This document shows, piece by piece, positions 36,505-49,209 of a stretch of DNA of 64,000 nt. A model generated the notes under the pieces. That model ran no database searches and was not told the origin of the DNA. It saw only the letters and a program-made list of their open reading frames with translations. The stretch's first letter is position 1; the number at the start of each line of letters is the position of its first letter. Source of the stretch: Ostrea edulis (lineage: Eukaryota); NCBI RefSeq assembly GCF_947568905.1, contig NC_079164.1, forward strand, positions 106,950,001 to 107,014,000, read 5' to 3'. Both the position numbers and the translations under genes were made by a program.

Positions 36505-39500
36505 CTGACAAGAAAGTGTAGTTTTCAACTTTTGATGGACATTTATTTTGTATGATTACTTTTTTTTAGCCAATTAAGGGACCACCACCAGGGAAGAGGT
36601 ACATACGATGCCCCTGTAACTGTCTGCTGATCTGTAACAGTACAGCAAACAAGATAGCATGTCCACGACCAAACTGGTAATACAAGCAATACAGACATTA
36701 TAGTTGTTTTCAAAGTCAAAGATATATCTGAAACATTTGGAAAATTACACTGTAGAAAGTGAAGGGTTTATGTTAAAATATTTCCAGGATTTAAATTTTA
36801 GTATCTTAAATTTTTGTTTTGGTAAATAATCAGTTATGATTTTATTTAAAATACAAAATGAAATTATGGTACATGCCAATTTTTTTTCTTCAGCAAAAGA
36901 GTTGTCAATTTAGGGGGTCCAACTCAGGTCATCGTGCGCAATCCTGGAACAGAGAGATTTATCTGTGCATACTGTTCTCAGGTGTTTCTGGTAGGTCCAA
37001 GTCTCTGTATACATGTATCATCTGTCAATTATTCCCCAACTCAGTTGTTGAAATTCTATTTTCTTTTTAGGTGATATTTATCACATTTTTTACGAGGGAA
37101 AATAGCCTTAAAAACAGCTCAATTTAATTAAAATCCGATCTTCTTTAACCATAACCATTGCACTCCAGTGAAACAGAGAAGATCTGATTCTAATTAGATT
37201 GAAAAACAGCTGTGTATTTTTTTTTTTTATAGTAGTGGACATACATTTTTGTTAGAGCATGCTTTTGAGATTATCCAGATTCTGTAATTAGTCAAATTTG
37301 CAGCTTGCAACAGTGTACATTCAATATGATTCATAGTAACAACTTTCGAAAGTGATTGCAAACACAGGTTTTTGTAGCGTACTTGATTATTAAAAGTAGT
37401 CAGTGTAACTCGTGTAACAATGGTGCCCACTGACGCAGGATCACATCCTAAATTTCTTTTGCCTTTGAAGTATATAAAGTCCAATGAAAGTTTTTCAAAT
37501 TTTTCAGTACCACGTGGGTGGCTGGAGCCAGCTTACTCGCTGTCCTCACTGTCGCAAAGTGTAAGTACTGGGGAGAGGTTAAAACTGCAGTAGAATCACT
37601 CCAGAATCTGAACAAATCAAAATATGTCACATTAACCAACATGTCATTTAATTTGGTCAATAGTGCATATTTTCCTTTCATGTTTAGGTAAAACCAGGTG
37701 GAAGTAGATACCGGTAGACCTATATTTTCTGACACTCAGTCTGAACTTAAAGGGGCTCATTCATGTTTTTTGAAAAATAATTGTTTTCATTTTTTATGTT
37801 AAACAGTGGACTTAACTTAACGATCAGAAAAATCTCAGTGTTGCTGGATTGATCTTATTTAAATTCAGTACATGTAAAACCTACAAGTACTAATCTGTAC
37901 ACATACTAATCTGTACAAGTAATAATCTGTAAATGCACTAATCTGTACAAGTACTGATATGTTGGGAGGGGTATCAGGACAACTCGCCCCCAAGACAACT
38001 TGGCCTCTCTTTGGGACAACTTACCCTCTCTCAGGACCCAGCTCTACATGTTTTTTTATGCAAGATGAAAGATCTAATTTTCACAAGCCGTGAAAATCCA
38101 ATGTTTGGGTCCAGTAAATTCATCATGACTTATATGTAAAATATATGACAAAGTTGTCTTGAGGGCAAGTTGTTTAGGGGGCGAGTTGTCTTGAGGGCAA
38201 GTTGTTTAGGGGGCGAGTTGTCTTGAGGGCAAGTTGTTTAGGGGGCGAGTTGTCTTGAGGGCAAGTTGTTTAGGGGGCGAGTTGTCTTGAGGGCAAGTTA
38301 TTTAGGGGGCGAGGTGTCCAGCATTCGTTGGAGGATGTATCTGGCACTGCCTTGTGAGATTTCTTCATAAATGAAAAGTTTTAAAAATTTACTTAATGTG
38401 GCAATCATCACAATGGTTTTAATTTTAACATAAGTGCATTTTAAGATTTTAAAATACATGATGGGTATTGTAACAGTAATAGAAGCGTTTACCTGCAGTG
38501 TCAATGTGTGACAATGATTTGGAGAGCATAGAATTAGAACCACAGTGTAAAAATCTAACACCATGAAATTAGAATGACTTTCATATAGTATCTGATAATT
38601 TACACTATGCTTTCTTGAATATGTTCTCAGTTCCTGTCTTGTTGCAGTACAGAATATTGTTAACATTTGTCATGTATTTACAGTTCTTCTTGTGACGGTG
38701 CAAACCAGAAAACTCGCTGTGCCATTTATCTTATTCTGGGAATTATTTTCCTTGGGGCAGGAATTGGAGTCACGGTAATTATAGATGAAGTCACCTGAGT
38801 CACTCAATATGGTGTTTGTCATCTTATGTCAATATTGAAAGTCTGTATTTCATACATTTTTCTTTGGAAAGGTGTGATTTCACAGCCCACAGACTGCTTG
38901 TTGAATTCCCAATGTTATTGATGAAAGATTATTTTTATCCAATAGGATGACTTTAATGTATTATTTTAAAAATTCCAATTTTATTGCATGTTGAAGATTT
39001 TTATTAGTTCTTTACCAGCTTTGTAGATAGGGGACTTTAGGTTTGCACCCCGTCCATCCATTCGTCTGTCAGATCAGTTTTCCTCTCTTTTTGTCATGCT
39101 TTCAGATATTCATTTGATATTTGGAACATTACTTTACCATGACAAGTTACAAATGAAGTTTAAATTTTGTTCCAGTCCATTGATCTTTTTGCTGAGTTAT
39201 GGCCCTTTGACATAGAAAGTGTGGAATTTGAATCTATCATACATGGCTTTTATTTCATGGGACCTGGTTATTCTTGTACAAAAACTGTTGACACACAATT
39301 ATTCATGTAGAATACTACACAGACAACCTGACTTGGAGTCAGTAGGGGATATGTATTACTATGCAATACTTACAGAATGCTTGTTAATGCATGAGGTCAC
39401 TGCCCACTCTTTCCTGTAATTACATTTTACACCCTTCTTGAAAAGGGGGGCATCTGTTTGCATCTGTTGGTTGGTCAGTGTGTCTGTCAGTAGATGAAGT

Positions 39501-40492
39501 GTTTTCCACTCAACATCTTAAGAAACCTTTGTCTGACAGACATCAAACTTGTTATACTGGTTTCCCTAAACAGTAGATGATCCCTATTGATTTTGAGGTC
39601 AAAGGTCAATGGTCAATCTAATCCAGACATAGGAAGATATTGTATGCTTGATATCTTAAGAACCCTTTGCTTAAAAGACGTCAAACTTAGTACACTGACT
39701 CTGCCTAAGGAATGGATGACCCCTTTTGATTTTGCAGTCACAAGGTCAAGGGTCAAACTGGACTTCTATTTTGGACATAGGAAGATATCTTGAGAACCCT
39801 TTTCTTGAAAGACATCAAACTTGGCACACTGATACATCCTAGGGAGTGGATGACCCCTATTGATGGTTTTGGGTCACAGAGTTAAAGTTCAAGTGAAAGT
39901 ATTCTGGGCATAAGAAAATATTGTCTGCTCAATAGCTTATGAACCATTTGATGACCAACATCAAACTTGATATACTGGTACCGCCTAAAGAGTAGATGAC
40001 CCCCAATGGTTTTTAGTCACATGGTCATAACTCAAATGACAAGTTATTCAAAATGTTTGCTGAGTATCTTGAGAGATCAAACTTGATTTTGTGCTTGCCC
40101 CCAACTAGTAGATATACCATATTTTTGCACTATCATTATAGACATTCAAAATTTAAAGCTGATCCTTTTTCATGTTGACAATTGGTAGGCATATACATGT
40201 ATGTTCCTAAACCATTTCTTGTTTTTTTTTTATTCATCATGATTTCATTATATCATTAGGTTGGAACTTACGAGCTAGCGAGTGAATCGGGTGGAATCTA
40301 CACGGTGTGGATTGGTGAGTGGACAACGAGTCTTACTATATAAAGTTCTCTTTGCGGTGTAATACCCTAATTCCTGCTTACAATTCTGTTCCAAACTTCA
40401 TTACAGGGGCATTTGTGATTGGCATCTCGTTTCTCATCAGAGCTTGTTACATTGGGTCAATTAGGGTCAGTCAGAGAGCATCTCCTCACTAA
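31596..40492 (+). CDS. PIP4P1: Phosphatidylinositol 4,5-bisphosphate 4-phosphatase (PIP4P/TMEM55 family), whole gene (8 exons, 744 nt, 247 aa)
   Basis: [12 protein letters not shown]-terminus, [67 protein letters not shown] and two C-terminal TM helices. All junctions are GT-AG and in phase. The PIP4P1 versus PIP4P2 assignment cannot be resolved from this sequence. Confidence 0.93.
32156..34037. mobile_element. Kolobok-like non-autonomous element, about 1.9 kb
   Basis: TTAA TSD; ~35-bp imperfect TIR aggg(a/g)catggacac.att..agc.gaaaattttca. Confidence 0.8.
34048..34864. mobile_element. Kolobok-like MITE with a nested SINE
   Basis: ttaa|agggtctgattcacg ... gtgaaccagtcccct; inverted homologue of 19473-21404. 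Confidence 0.72.
34452..34717 (+). mobile_element. SINE, second copy
   Basis: Aligns end to end with 5177-5442; (AATC)n tail. Confidence 0.75.
35272..35783. mobile_element. MITE with long TIRs and 8-bp TSD (hAT- or Zisupton-like)
   Basis: cacaggcactt...gtgcctgtg; TSD ctggattt at 35264-35271 and 35784-35791; terminal 52 bp of the right TIR is tandemly duplicated. Confidence 0.82.
36208..36386 (+). CDS. PIP4P/TMEM55 exon 2
   Basis: PPPGQAP...CNEAT; phase 1 to 0. Confidence 0.92.
36455..36502. repeat. (GA)n microsatellite in PIP4P intron 2
   Basis: Seen directly. Confidence 0.95.
36570..36676 (+). CDS. PIP4P/TMEM55 exon 3
   Basis: [35 protein letters not shown]. Confidence 0.93.
36894..36990 (+). 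CDS. PIP4P/TMEM55 exon 4
   Basis: KRVVNLGG...[11 protein letters not shown]. Confidence 0.92.
37508..37560 (+). CDS. PIP4P/TMEM55 exon 5
   Basis: [17 protein letters not shown]. Confidence 0.92.
37969..38326. mobile_element. MITE with a 32-bp x5 array (38152-38311) amplified from its right subterminal region
   Basis: ggacaactcgccccc / gggggcgaggtgtcc; unit agttgtcttgagggcaagttgtttagggggcg. Confidence 0.72.
38684..38774 (+). CDS. PIP4P/TMEM55 exon 6 (TM1)
   Basis: [30 protein letters not shown]. Confidence 0.9.
39000..40200 (-). mobile_element. Two HINE-like elements in reverse orientation in PIP4P intron 6
   Basis: Reverse complements of the families at 54400-54615 and 49325-53546; hairpin plus ctgt microsatellite at the left end (about 39010 and 39425). 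Confidence 0.6.
40260..40314 (+). CDS. PIP4P/TMEM55 exon 7
   Basis: [18 protein letters not shown]. Confidence 0.9.
40407..40492 (+). CDS. PIP4P/TMEM55 exon 8 (TM2, stop)
   Basis: [27 protein letters not shown] then TAA. Confidence 0.9.
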
Positions 40493-40678
40493 GATCACCA
40501 CGGACATGAATTCGATGGATTCCTGATAAGATCACCACAAATATGAACTTGCTGGATTCCTGATAAGATCACTACGGACATGAACTTGATGGATTCCTGA
40601 TAAGATCACTACGGACATGAACTTGTTGGATTCCTGATAAGATCACTACGGACATGAACTTGCTGGATTCCTGATAAG
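40490..40678 (+). repeat. 37-bp x5 minisatellite starting at the PIP4P stop codon
   Basis: Unit taagatcactacggacatgaacttgctggattcctga at 40490, 40527, 40564, 40601 and 40638. Confidence 0.92.
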
Positions 40679-43299
40679 GGATCCAGACCGGATGTTCTTC
40701 TATTGCATGTACCTACTTTTTCTACAGTCCTTGAATAAAAATGACAAGGCAAAAACCATTAACCATTCCATTACATTGATTAGCTACAAAGAACATGTTA
40801 TAATTTTATGGAGCAGGGTACATATTTCTTTTTTATATGTGCAAGTGTTTTTCTATCTTGTAATATGAATTGGCTAATTAATGTTGATTTTGAAATAAAT
40901 AGACCTTTTTAAATGTATGCAGTTAGTCAAAGTGATAAAATAAGTGTGTCATATTATAGTATTTTTTGACTTAGCTTTAGGACATTGCCCCCAACCCCCT
41001 TTTCACACTTTTATCTACATTTTAAATGTCTTCTCTTTCATTAAACACTGCAAACATTGTACCTTAACTGTTAAAAATGTTTTGCATGTGATGAGAAATT
41101 GGACATAATCATACATGTATCTATACTATGTTAGATGACCTGTGATATAGATTTTTTTAAATGTTGTGTATTTTACAGTAATTACTGGTATGTATACTGT
41201 GTAAGAGTTGTGTTTCATTAGTGATTTGTAATAAGCCGATTATTTGTCTATAATTCCAATGTTATTTATTACAATTGTTTTGATTGGACAAAAATAAAGC
41301 TGAACAAGAGTTTACACATCAATAAATCCGAAAACGCGATGTATTCATACACGCCTGAAAACAAATAACATAGTGCGGGGAAACTATTCAAATTTTTGCA
41401 ATTGTTAATAAAGTGAATGAATTGGAATTATAAGAATCAAACATTCTTTTTGAAGAATATATTGATGTGTAAACTCCAGACATTTTACTCACAAACTTAA
41501 CATAAAAATACTTAAGTCATAAACTGATGCTTTGGTGCAATAGTCTACTGGTGTAGAGTTGTAATGATGATGATCCATCAAAACAAAGAACTGCACGGAG
41601 ATCAAATCCAATTTATTGTCCTGAAAGAGTGACTAAAATGGATACAAGAGAATTTTGAAAGTTTGTTTTTATTTCTGATTTGTAATTGATCTTTTATTAA
41701 GGATAGACAGGGCAATGGTATGGAAAAAATATTTGTCAATGAATTTTCCTAATACTGGGTAAAATTGTGGTAGGACCCTCAATACAAATACCATATAACG
41801 AGTATTTTCTGCTTGTGGAAATTATCTTGATTTGATCCCTTAAAAGTTAGTAAATTATATTCTGCGTTTTCAATTTTTGTTGTTGCATTATACCTACATC
41901 TATATATTTCCTCCCTGCAAAAAAATGAACAACCGTAGAAAATACCCATTATATGGTATGTTCTATGTGGAAGTTAAAGTCATTGTTAAGATTTTTGAGC
42001 TTGGAAGAGTAACCTTCCCTGAATAGCTGTGAAATGTTGAACGTTATCAGTGTTCTGCCTATCCTTAAAACTAATTGAATGTTTGATTTTTTAAGATGTC
42101 ATGTGACCAGGTTAAAAAATGTACAAATATATATATTTTCTTAACAAACTAACAAATTATAATCTTACAACTGTACGTATACTGTAGATTTCGTTCACTT
42201 TGTGCTCATGATTGTATATCAGTACAGAGACTGCTGACTAAAAGAGAACCAGAATAGAGTATAACATGTTTAATCTGGATATTGTAAAATCTGAAATAAA
42301 GGGGAAACTTAACACATATTTTGGAAGCAAACTTCGAACTGTGTCATTAGAAATATTTAATATTCCGGAGGTTGTCTCTTATCCAAAGATTTTTTTTCTA
42401 GCACCATGCTGGTCTGGATTAGACAACTTTCACTACGATTCTACCAAGAGCATACAGTGAAATACTATATACATTGTATATGCTTTTGTTATTATATTCT
42501 ATGTGCACCACAAAATACTTACAATTATTTGCATTAACATTTATTTGTACTAGCTTTTGTAGATGTGTTGTATTCCCATTAATGGATTATCTGAATTACA
42601 GGAATTGGCTCATGGTGGCTGTGATGATGTAAATAGAATTAAATGTACCCCATTACTATCATAACCAGACTGGTCAGATGCAGAATATCTTTATATAATG
42701 GTGTCTAAAGTTGTGTAGAGGTGGCAAGAACATTCTTAATTAAGCTCGTTAGTAAAACAAAATGTTGATAAGTATTTATGGTGCAACATCTTGTTTTGTG
42801 CCAAGTTTGCATAATGAACTTAGCAATCAAGTGTGTGCCAAAAATTCACAATAGTTAGAGAGTTTGAGCTTTTCAACCACTTAATCACATTGTTGGTTTA
42901 TGTGCTGTTGTTTATACACTGTGGGTTAAGTTGAATTTGCATTCTAGAACTAGTTAGTTCAAGAAATGTACTTCGAATGAAAGTGATTGGATGTTTTCTT
43001 CAAACTACTGAAATGTTTGTACAAAATAATTGAAATGGAATTTGAGCCAGCAATTTTGTTCCACAATAACTTGAGAAAAATGTCTTTGTTTATATGTTTT
43101 TGATGATTTTACCGATGACAGAATATTCCTATGTAGTTGTTTGTACTTTAGTAGGATTGCATGTTATAAATTCTTCTTCTTTTTTTTTAAGAAGTACACA
43201 TACATGTATACACATGAAAATAAATTTTATTATCTTGGCATGTGTTTTTGAATATATACATGTAAAATAAGGTCCTTATTTGAATACTGTGGAAGGAAA

Positions 43300-44116
43300 A
43301 ATAAAAGACAAATCATATACTCTCTATGCAATATGTTCTCAAAACTGACCAAGTTCAACAACCTGTAATTTTCTCAAAAATTGAAGAAAATCAAAATCCT
43401 TGCGCACGCGCACATCTTCCATACCCATACATAAGGTCCTCACTTGAAAACTGTGGAAGGGAAAACGGACAAATCATGTACTATGTAAAAATTCCTCAAA
43501 ATTGACTAAGTTCAATAACCTGTAATTTTCTCAAAAATTGAAGGAAATCAAAATCTTTGCCACATGCACACCTTCAATACCCAAATAAGCACTGTTGTGA
43601 AATACTAAAGAAGGTTCTCGCATGTGGGTGGAGTTCACCGAACAAATCGTGTACTCTCTTATATCTAATATTTCCTCAACATTTACTTAGTTCAACTACC
43701 TGTAATTTTCTCAAAAGTTGAAGAAAATCAAATTTCCTTGCTACATGCACATCTTCAAAATCCATACAGACACTCTGTAAAACAAGATGGTCCTCTCTTG
43801 AAAATTGTGGGAGGAGTTCGCCGGACAAATTATGTAGCCTCCATATAGCAACAATTTTCAAATAAAGGGGCAAAACTCCTGCAAGAGAGGTTGAAATGGA
43901 TCAAAATTGCAACGTGATCCACAAAGAAGCTACATCGTAAGTTTTAGCTTGATATGTGACAGAGAAATGAAATTAGAAACAGAAAACCCCAGACATATGG
44001 ACCGATGTACAGACAATGCTGTACCACAATACGTCCAGTCTAAAGACGGGCATAACATATGGACCGATGTACAGACAATGCTGTACCATAATACGTCCAG
44101 TCTAAAGACGGGCATA
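43300..44116 (+). mobile_element. HINE-like element with a tandemly duplicated 62-bp 3' terminus
   Basis: aacaacctgtaattttctcaaaa monomers; acatatggaccgatg...gacgggcata at 43993 and 44055. Confidence 0.7.
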
Positions 44117-45359
44117 GAAAAATTGTCTGCTCCATGTCTTGTGAACCCTTTGATAGCAAAAACATCAAACTTGGTACACTGGTACCCTTTTAAGAGTAGA
44201 TGATCCCCACAGATTCTCAAGTCAAAAGTCTTATCTCAAATGACTGGTTATTTAAAGATGTCTGCTCGGAAAGATCAAACTTTTTATTGTGGTTGCCCGA
44301 CTAGTAGATGACCCATTTTCATTGTCACTAGTCTAAATTTAAAGTTGGATCCTTTTCAATATAGCCACAAAACATTTCTTGTTAAACATTAAACTTCATC
44401 CTCCATGCAAGTCTGCACATCTGATAGTGGTCAGTGTGTTGTTTTCCCTGCTGCTTCCTTCATTTCCAGAATGCTCGAGCTGACCTTGCCGCGAGGTTAC
44501 AAGTCTTGCTGCGAGATCTAGGGAATAACTGTATCCTTGGTTCTATCTTTGTGGACTATACAAGACTGACTTTGTATGTAGTGAAATCAAAACGATGTCA
44601 TGTACAATTGCTTTAAGTCACATTCAAAATTTGCCACCATTGAACATGGTCACTCTGGGGGGGAATAAATTCCATTTCATCTTTTATATCTGAACAGATT
44701 TTAAATCATTTCATGCTCAAATACATCTGAAGTGAGAGACTGCACATTTCATGCAATGAGCTACTTCTACAAGTTTGATAAAAATTTGACATGTGGCTAA
44801 AATCTTCTGAATAAGGCAAAGAAATTATTACATAAACAAATTATGAATAAACTGTTCAATGGGCAAGTTACTACATCCACACACTACTGGTTTTAATGGG
44901 AGAGGATAATATATGTATGTCTAGCCCTCAGATATACCAAAGCCATATATCATTACTACAGTAACTTAATCCAAAGAATCAGATCTTGTTGATGGATACA
45001 GAGATCCTCAGATAAATCTCAACACTTTGCATCTTGTTTGATTTGATCTTCACCTGTCAATGAGAGATGATCCAACTTTTCGGATCAAGTTACTGTAGAA
45101 ATGATAAATCTATTGCATCTTTAAATACATTTTCAGATAATTAAAAATTAAGTAAAATCATTTTCTGTGCATTCACTTCCGAGTTGATGCATCGTGGTGT
45201 AATCAATTTCAGATAGGGGTTAAATCCCCATCAAGAAAACAAGTGTGGTGATAAGGAAAGTTGATTACGGTAACACTCCAGGAAAGCCACAGTATATATA
45301 ATAAATGCATTTAAAGTAAAACTGCTGTAAGATAATTTCTCTTGACCAATTTAGCCCTG

Positions 45360-45478
45360 CCCTGGGGTTATAAAATTCACATTTTGGGGTTAGTGACATC
45401 TGCCGTGGGGTTATAAAATTCACATTTTGGGGTTAGTGACATCTGCCCTGGGGTTATAAAATTCACATTTTGGGGTTA
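45360..45478. repeat. 43-bp x about 3 tandem repeat inside a degenerate HINE
   Basis: Unit ccctggggttataaaattcacattttggggttagtgacatctg. Confidence 0.85.
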
Positions 45479-46607
45479 GCAACATCCATGCTCATTAAAT
45501 GTATGCACTTGGTTTTCTATATTTCGAAAATCTTTAACCATCACATTTTAAAAAAGTTTTTACTACACCTATAGACCCCAAGGGGGCAGTGACCATGATA
45601 GGACTATATGACAAGGGCTCCATCTGCCCACCAAAATATATCATTCATGCTACTGTTTCAAATTAAATGTAATTTGTGCAAAGATCATAATGCAGCCCTC
45701 AGTTGTAATGGTGAACAAAATGACGCAAATCCTCGATTTTAACATCATAAAAATGTTTTGCTGCCATTTCAGTATTTCAACATAAAATGGCTATTTTCCA
45801 CACAGTTTTTCTTTTTTAAAAAGATCAAGCTCATGCCTGGACAAACTTTAAATATTCACACCATAGATTTACCTTGTCAATGCACATGCGAAATACATTT
45901 TTTTTGTTTGTCCATGGCAGCTAGACAAAATAAGTGAAGCTGACAAAATGAAATAAAATTCAAAAGATATGAAATACATGTACTATTCAAGGTTCTTTAA
46001 AGCTTTTGAGTTTAATGGGGGTCCAGATGAGCATCATACATATTCTTAGATGATATACTGTACAACAATTTTTACTGGATCAAACTGAATCTTTCACCAA
46101 CATAATGGTCAATGCATAGTCACTGAATGGAAGAACCTGGCTACAGAGCCACAAAACTTAGACGTAGTATCTGTGAAGCTGAAGATATTCTATGGAAGGG
46201 CATGGATAGTAATAGGCGACTCAGGTGACCTAAACATTACAGACAAAAATAAAAAACAAAGAATGAATTTGTACATTTATTTCCAAAATAAAATTTGTTT
46301 TGGCAATTAATAAACAGTCTGCAAAATGATATGTCAGCAAAAAGTAGAGTTTAATTTGTATTTAGAAAAATATCTTAATGATGATCACAATACTTCAGAA
46401 TTATATATTGAACAAGTATTAACATGTATCAGAAGATTGAAAACTTAAGTACATGCACACAAAACAATTCTGACTATAAATCTGAAAGAATAAAGATGAA
46501 ATTGATTACTAACATTGTAAGCAGAGTTACATGTGAGTACATGTAGTGTACTGTATACAATACTAAACGTTGGTAAAAGACATGAGTACAGTTTGATTCC
46601 TAAATCA

Positions 46608-47829
46608 ACAAGAAACCCACGGACCTCACTGCTCACCTGAGTCAACCTTGTCTTTCTGTTCATCAAGATTGAAATTTTTTTTACCCACTTTATTTACATG
46701 AAAAATTTTGAACCCATATATTTACAACCTCACCAAAGCCAAACTGGATCATGACTTAAATCCATAAAACACGGATGCCCTATATTCATGAACCATGTAA
46801 AATTTTATCCCCATCCTAACCTCATGGTCCATATTTCAAAAAAAGATTTTTAAAAACTCCCTCCCTACATTCTCATGTAAAATTTTGAATCCATATTGTG
46901 GCACAATATCCTACTCCCAGGGCATTGCTATGAATAAACTTGAATCTGCACTAACTGGAGAAGGGGGATCCTTGCATATTGATATGACAAATTCTGGCCC
47001 TGCTGCACTGAGAATAAGATTGTCAAAAGATTTATTCTCATGTAAAACTTTAAATCCCTTTCCCATAGATGCTATATGGCAAGTTTCTTTTCATATTAGC
47101 AGTGGTTCTAGAGAAGTAAAAAAAAAATGTGCAGAGCTTAGACACGGGCAGATGGACAAACACACCGATAGACAGATGCGCCAGACATTAGGTGATTACA
47201 TAAGTTTACTTGAGCTTATAGTTCTGTTGAGCTAATAAGTAATCATGGCCTTGCTGTTCAAGAGAAAGATATATTCTAACATACTACTTTGTTCCCCTGG
47301 TTGGCCCCAACCTATCCCCCATGGCCATGATTTGAGAAAACTTGAATCTGCATTATCTGAGGATGCTTGCATATTGATATTAATCTGCACTACCTGAGGA
47401 TGCTTGCATATCAATAAGACTAATCAAGGCCCTGCTGCTCTAGAGAAGAAGATTTATAAAAGATGTGTTCCTACATATCCCAATTTAAAACTTTGACCCC
47501 TTCAGTGGCCACACCCTACTCTCTTTGGGGCAATGATTTCAACAATCTTGAATTTGCACTCAGCAGTTCTTAAGAAGATTTTTAATTATCCCACCCTATT
47601 TTAACAAATCACTAATTATCTCCCCTTTCAAGGGAGCATGGATCCTGAAATGGACAAACTTGAAAGCCCTTTACCCAAAGATGCTTTGTACTAAGTTTTG
47701 ATCATATTGGCCCAGTAGTTCTGGAAAAGATGAGAATATGAAAAGTTTATGGACAGACAGAAGATAGATGGATGGACAAATGACAGACAGAAAAGCTTAC
47801 TACTTGAGCTTTCAGCTCAGGTGAGCTAA
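46608..47829 (+). mobile_element. Tandem HINE-like elements (two 3' ends, near 47235 and 47829)
   Basis: 5' gctcacctgag is an inverted repeat of 3' ctcaggtgagct; satellite monomers; gaca microsatellite. Confidence 0.7.
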
Positions 47830-49038
47830 TAATACACACAATGAAGTATTATAAAATGGATGTGAACTTCACAAGAATGTAATCAAATTTAACAAACAGA
47901 ACAAGACAAAATGCTTAAAAACATTTCACAACACATGGAATATTTTTTTAATGGAATCTGTTAACATTTATGAAAACAGCTATAGAATGGAAAACAAATG
48001 TAAACTTAAAAAAAATGTTGTACACATTGCAACTTGACTAGTTTTAAGTTTAACTGCTTTTTTTCCCTCCCAATAACAATATCAGACCACTACATGTAAA
48101 TAAAAGACTAGGAAAGTATGTTTTAAGGCTAGTTATGGATTTCATGTTTGGTTACCAAAATTAAAATAAAAGTCTCAATGAAATACATATGATTACCATT
48201 GTATCATAACAAATGAAGCTGTAATTTTGGGTTGGATTGTTGGAAGACATGCATAAATGCTGACATGTAATGAGAATTTGTGACTCTACATGAATACCTG
48301 TAACTTCATCAAATGGGGAAAGTTTGCATATACATGCCATTAAAAACCATATACAATATACCGAGTGGTGTTTTTTTTATGTTGGTAAAGGTTTTTGGGA
48401 ATGGCTGTCAAAAATTAATGTAGCCTGGAAAGAAGTGCACCGCATCTAACTGATCAGGACACTCACAAACTAAATTGTTATCTGCTGTCTGACTAGAACT
48501 AAAACTAAAAGACATGGGTAAAACACAGACATGCGTAAAACACATGGCTCAAAAGACGATACACCTGTCTGCTCAAAAACTGGTTCCACGGTGTCACTGA
48601 TCAGAATGGTTCCCCATTTTGTTGTGGATAAAAATGGTAGCTTGGCCAATCAACAACAGTTCACTTGGCACTAACTACCGTTAAATCCATGAGTATGTAT
48701 ATACACGCAATGTAGTTAATTGTGTGAAATCATCTGTTAAATGTCTAGATCATATGGAATTCAAAATTGTAACTTACTTAAAGTCCCATATTGTGCTCTA
48801 TACACACACTTTGGATACTCAAATCACAAAAGGTCTTCCCAATCCATTCCATGCAAGTTGTTTTGTCTGCATCAAATTGAGAAGTTACAATGTGGTATGT
48901 CCATCTGTTATTAACGTTAAAGTACAGAAGTCTTTCTTGCAATACCGGACATTGCTTCCAAATACAGATTTTTTGTCTCCAAACTTTTCTGTGGACCATC
49001 AAGAAAATTCAAAGCAGAACTCCTTATGGGTTCCAAAA

Positions 49039-49209
49039 TCAAATTTCTGTTCTGAATTTCTGAAATCCATTTCTTAAAAATTCATTACTTGTGTTGGGAA
49101 GCAATGGTCTTTCTGAATTGTGGGTCATCATTTCATATTTTTCCTTTCTTGCTCGAAACAGATACTCAGATGGCTCTTGCAAGTCTGCACTTGAGAAATA
49201 TTTCTCAAC
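49039..49209 (-). CDS. Gene 3 putative terminal coding exon (VEKYFSS...RTEI*)
   Basis: TTTTCTATTGATAG acceptor in phase 0; TGA at 49041-49039; possible frameshift at the A5 run 49076-49080. Confidence 0.6.
   Translation of the reverse strand, partial: VEKYFSSADLQEPSEYLFRARKEKYEMMTHNSERPLLPNTSNEFLRNGFQKFRTEI

Noticed and set aside
37880-37955. Short degenerate repeats (tactaatctgtaca)
   Set aside because: Low-complexity intronic slippage with no link to other features.
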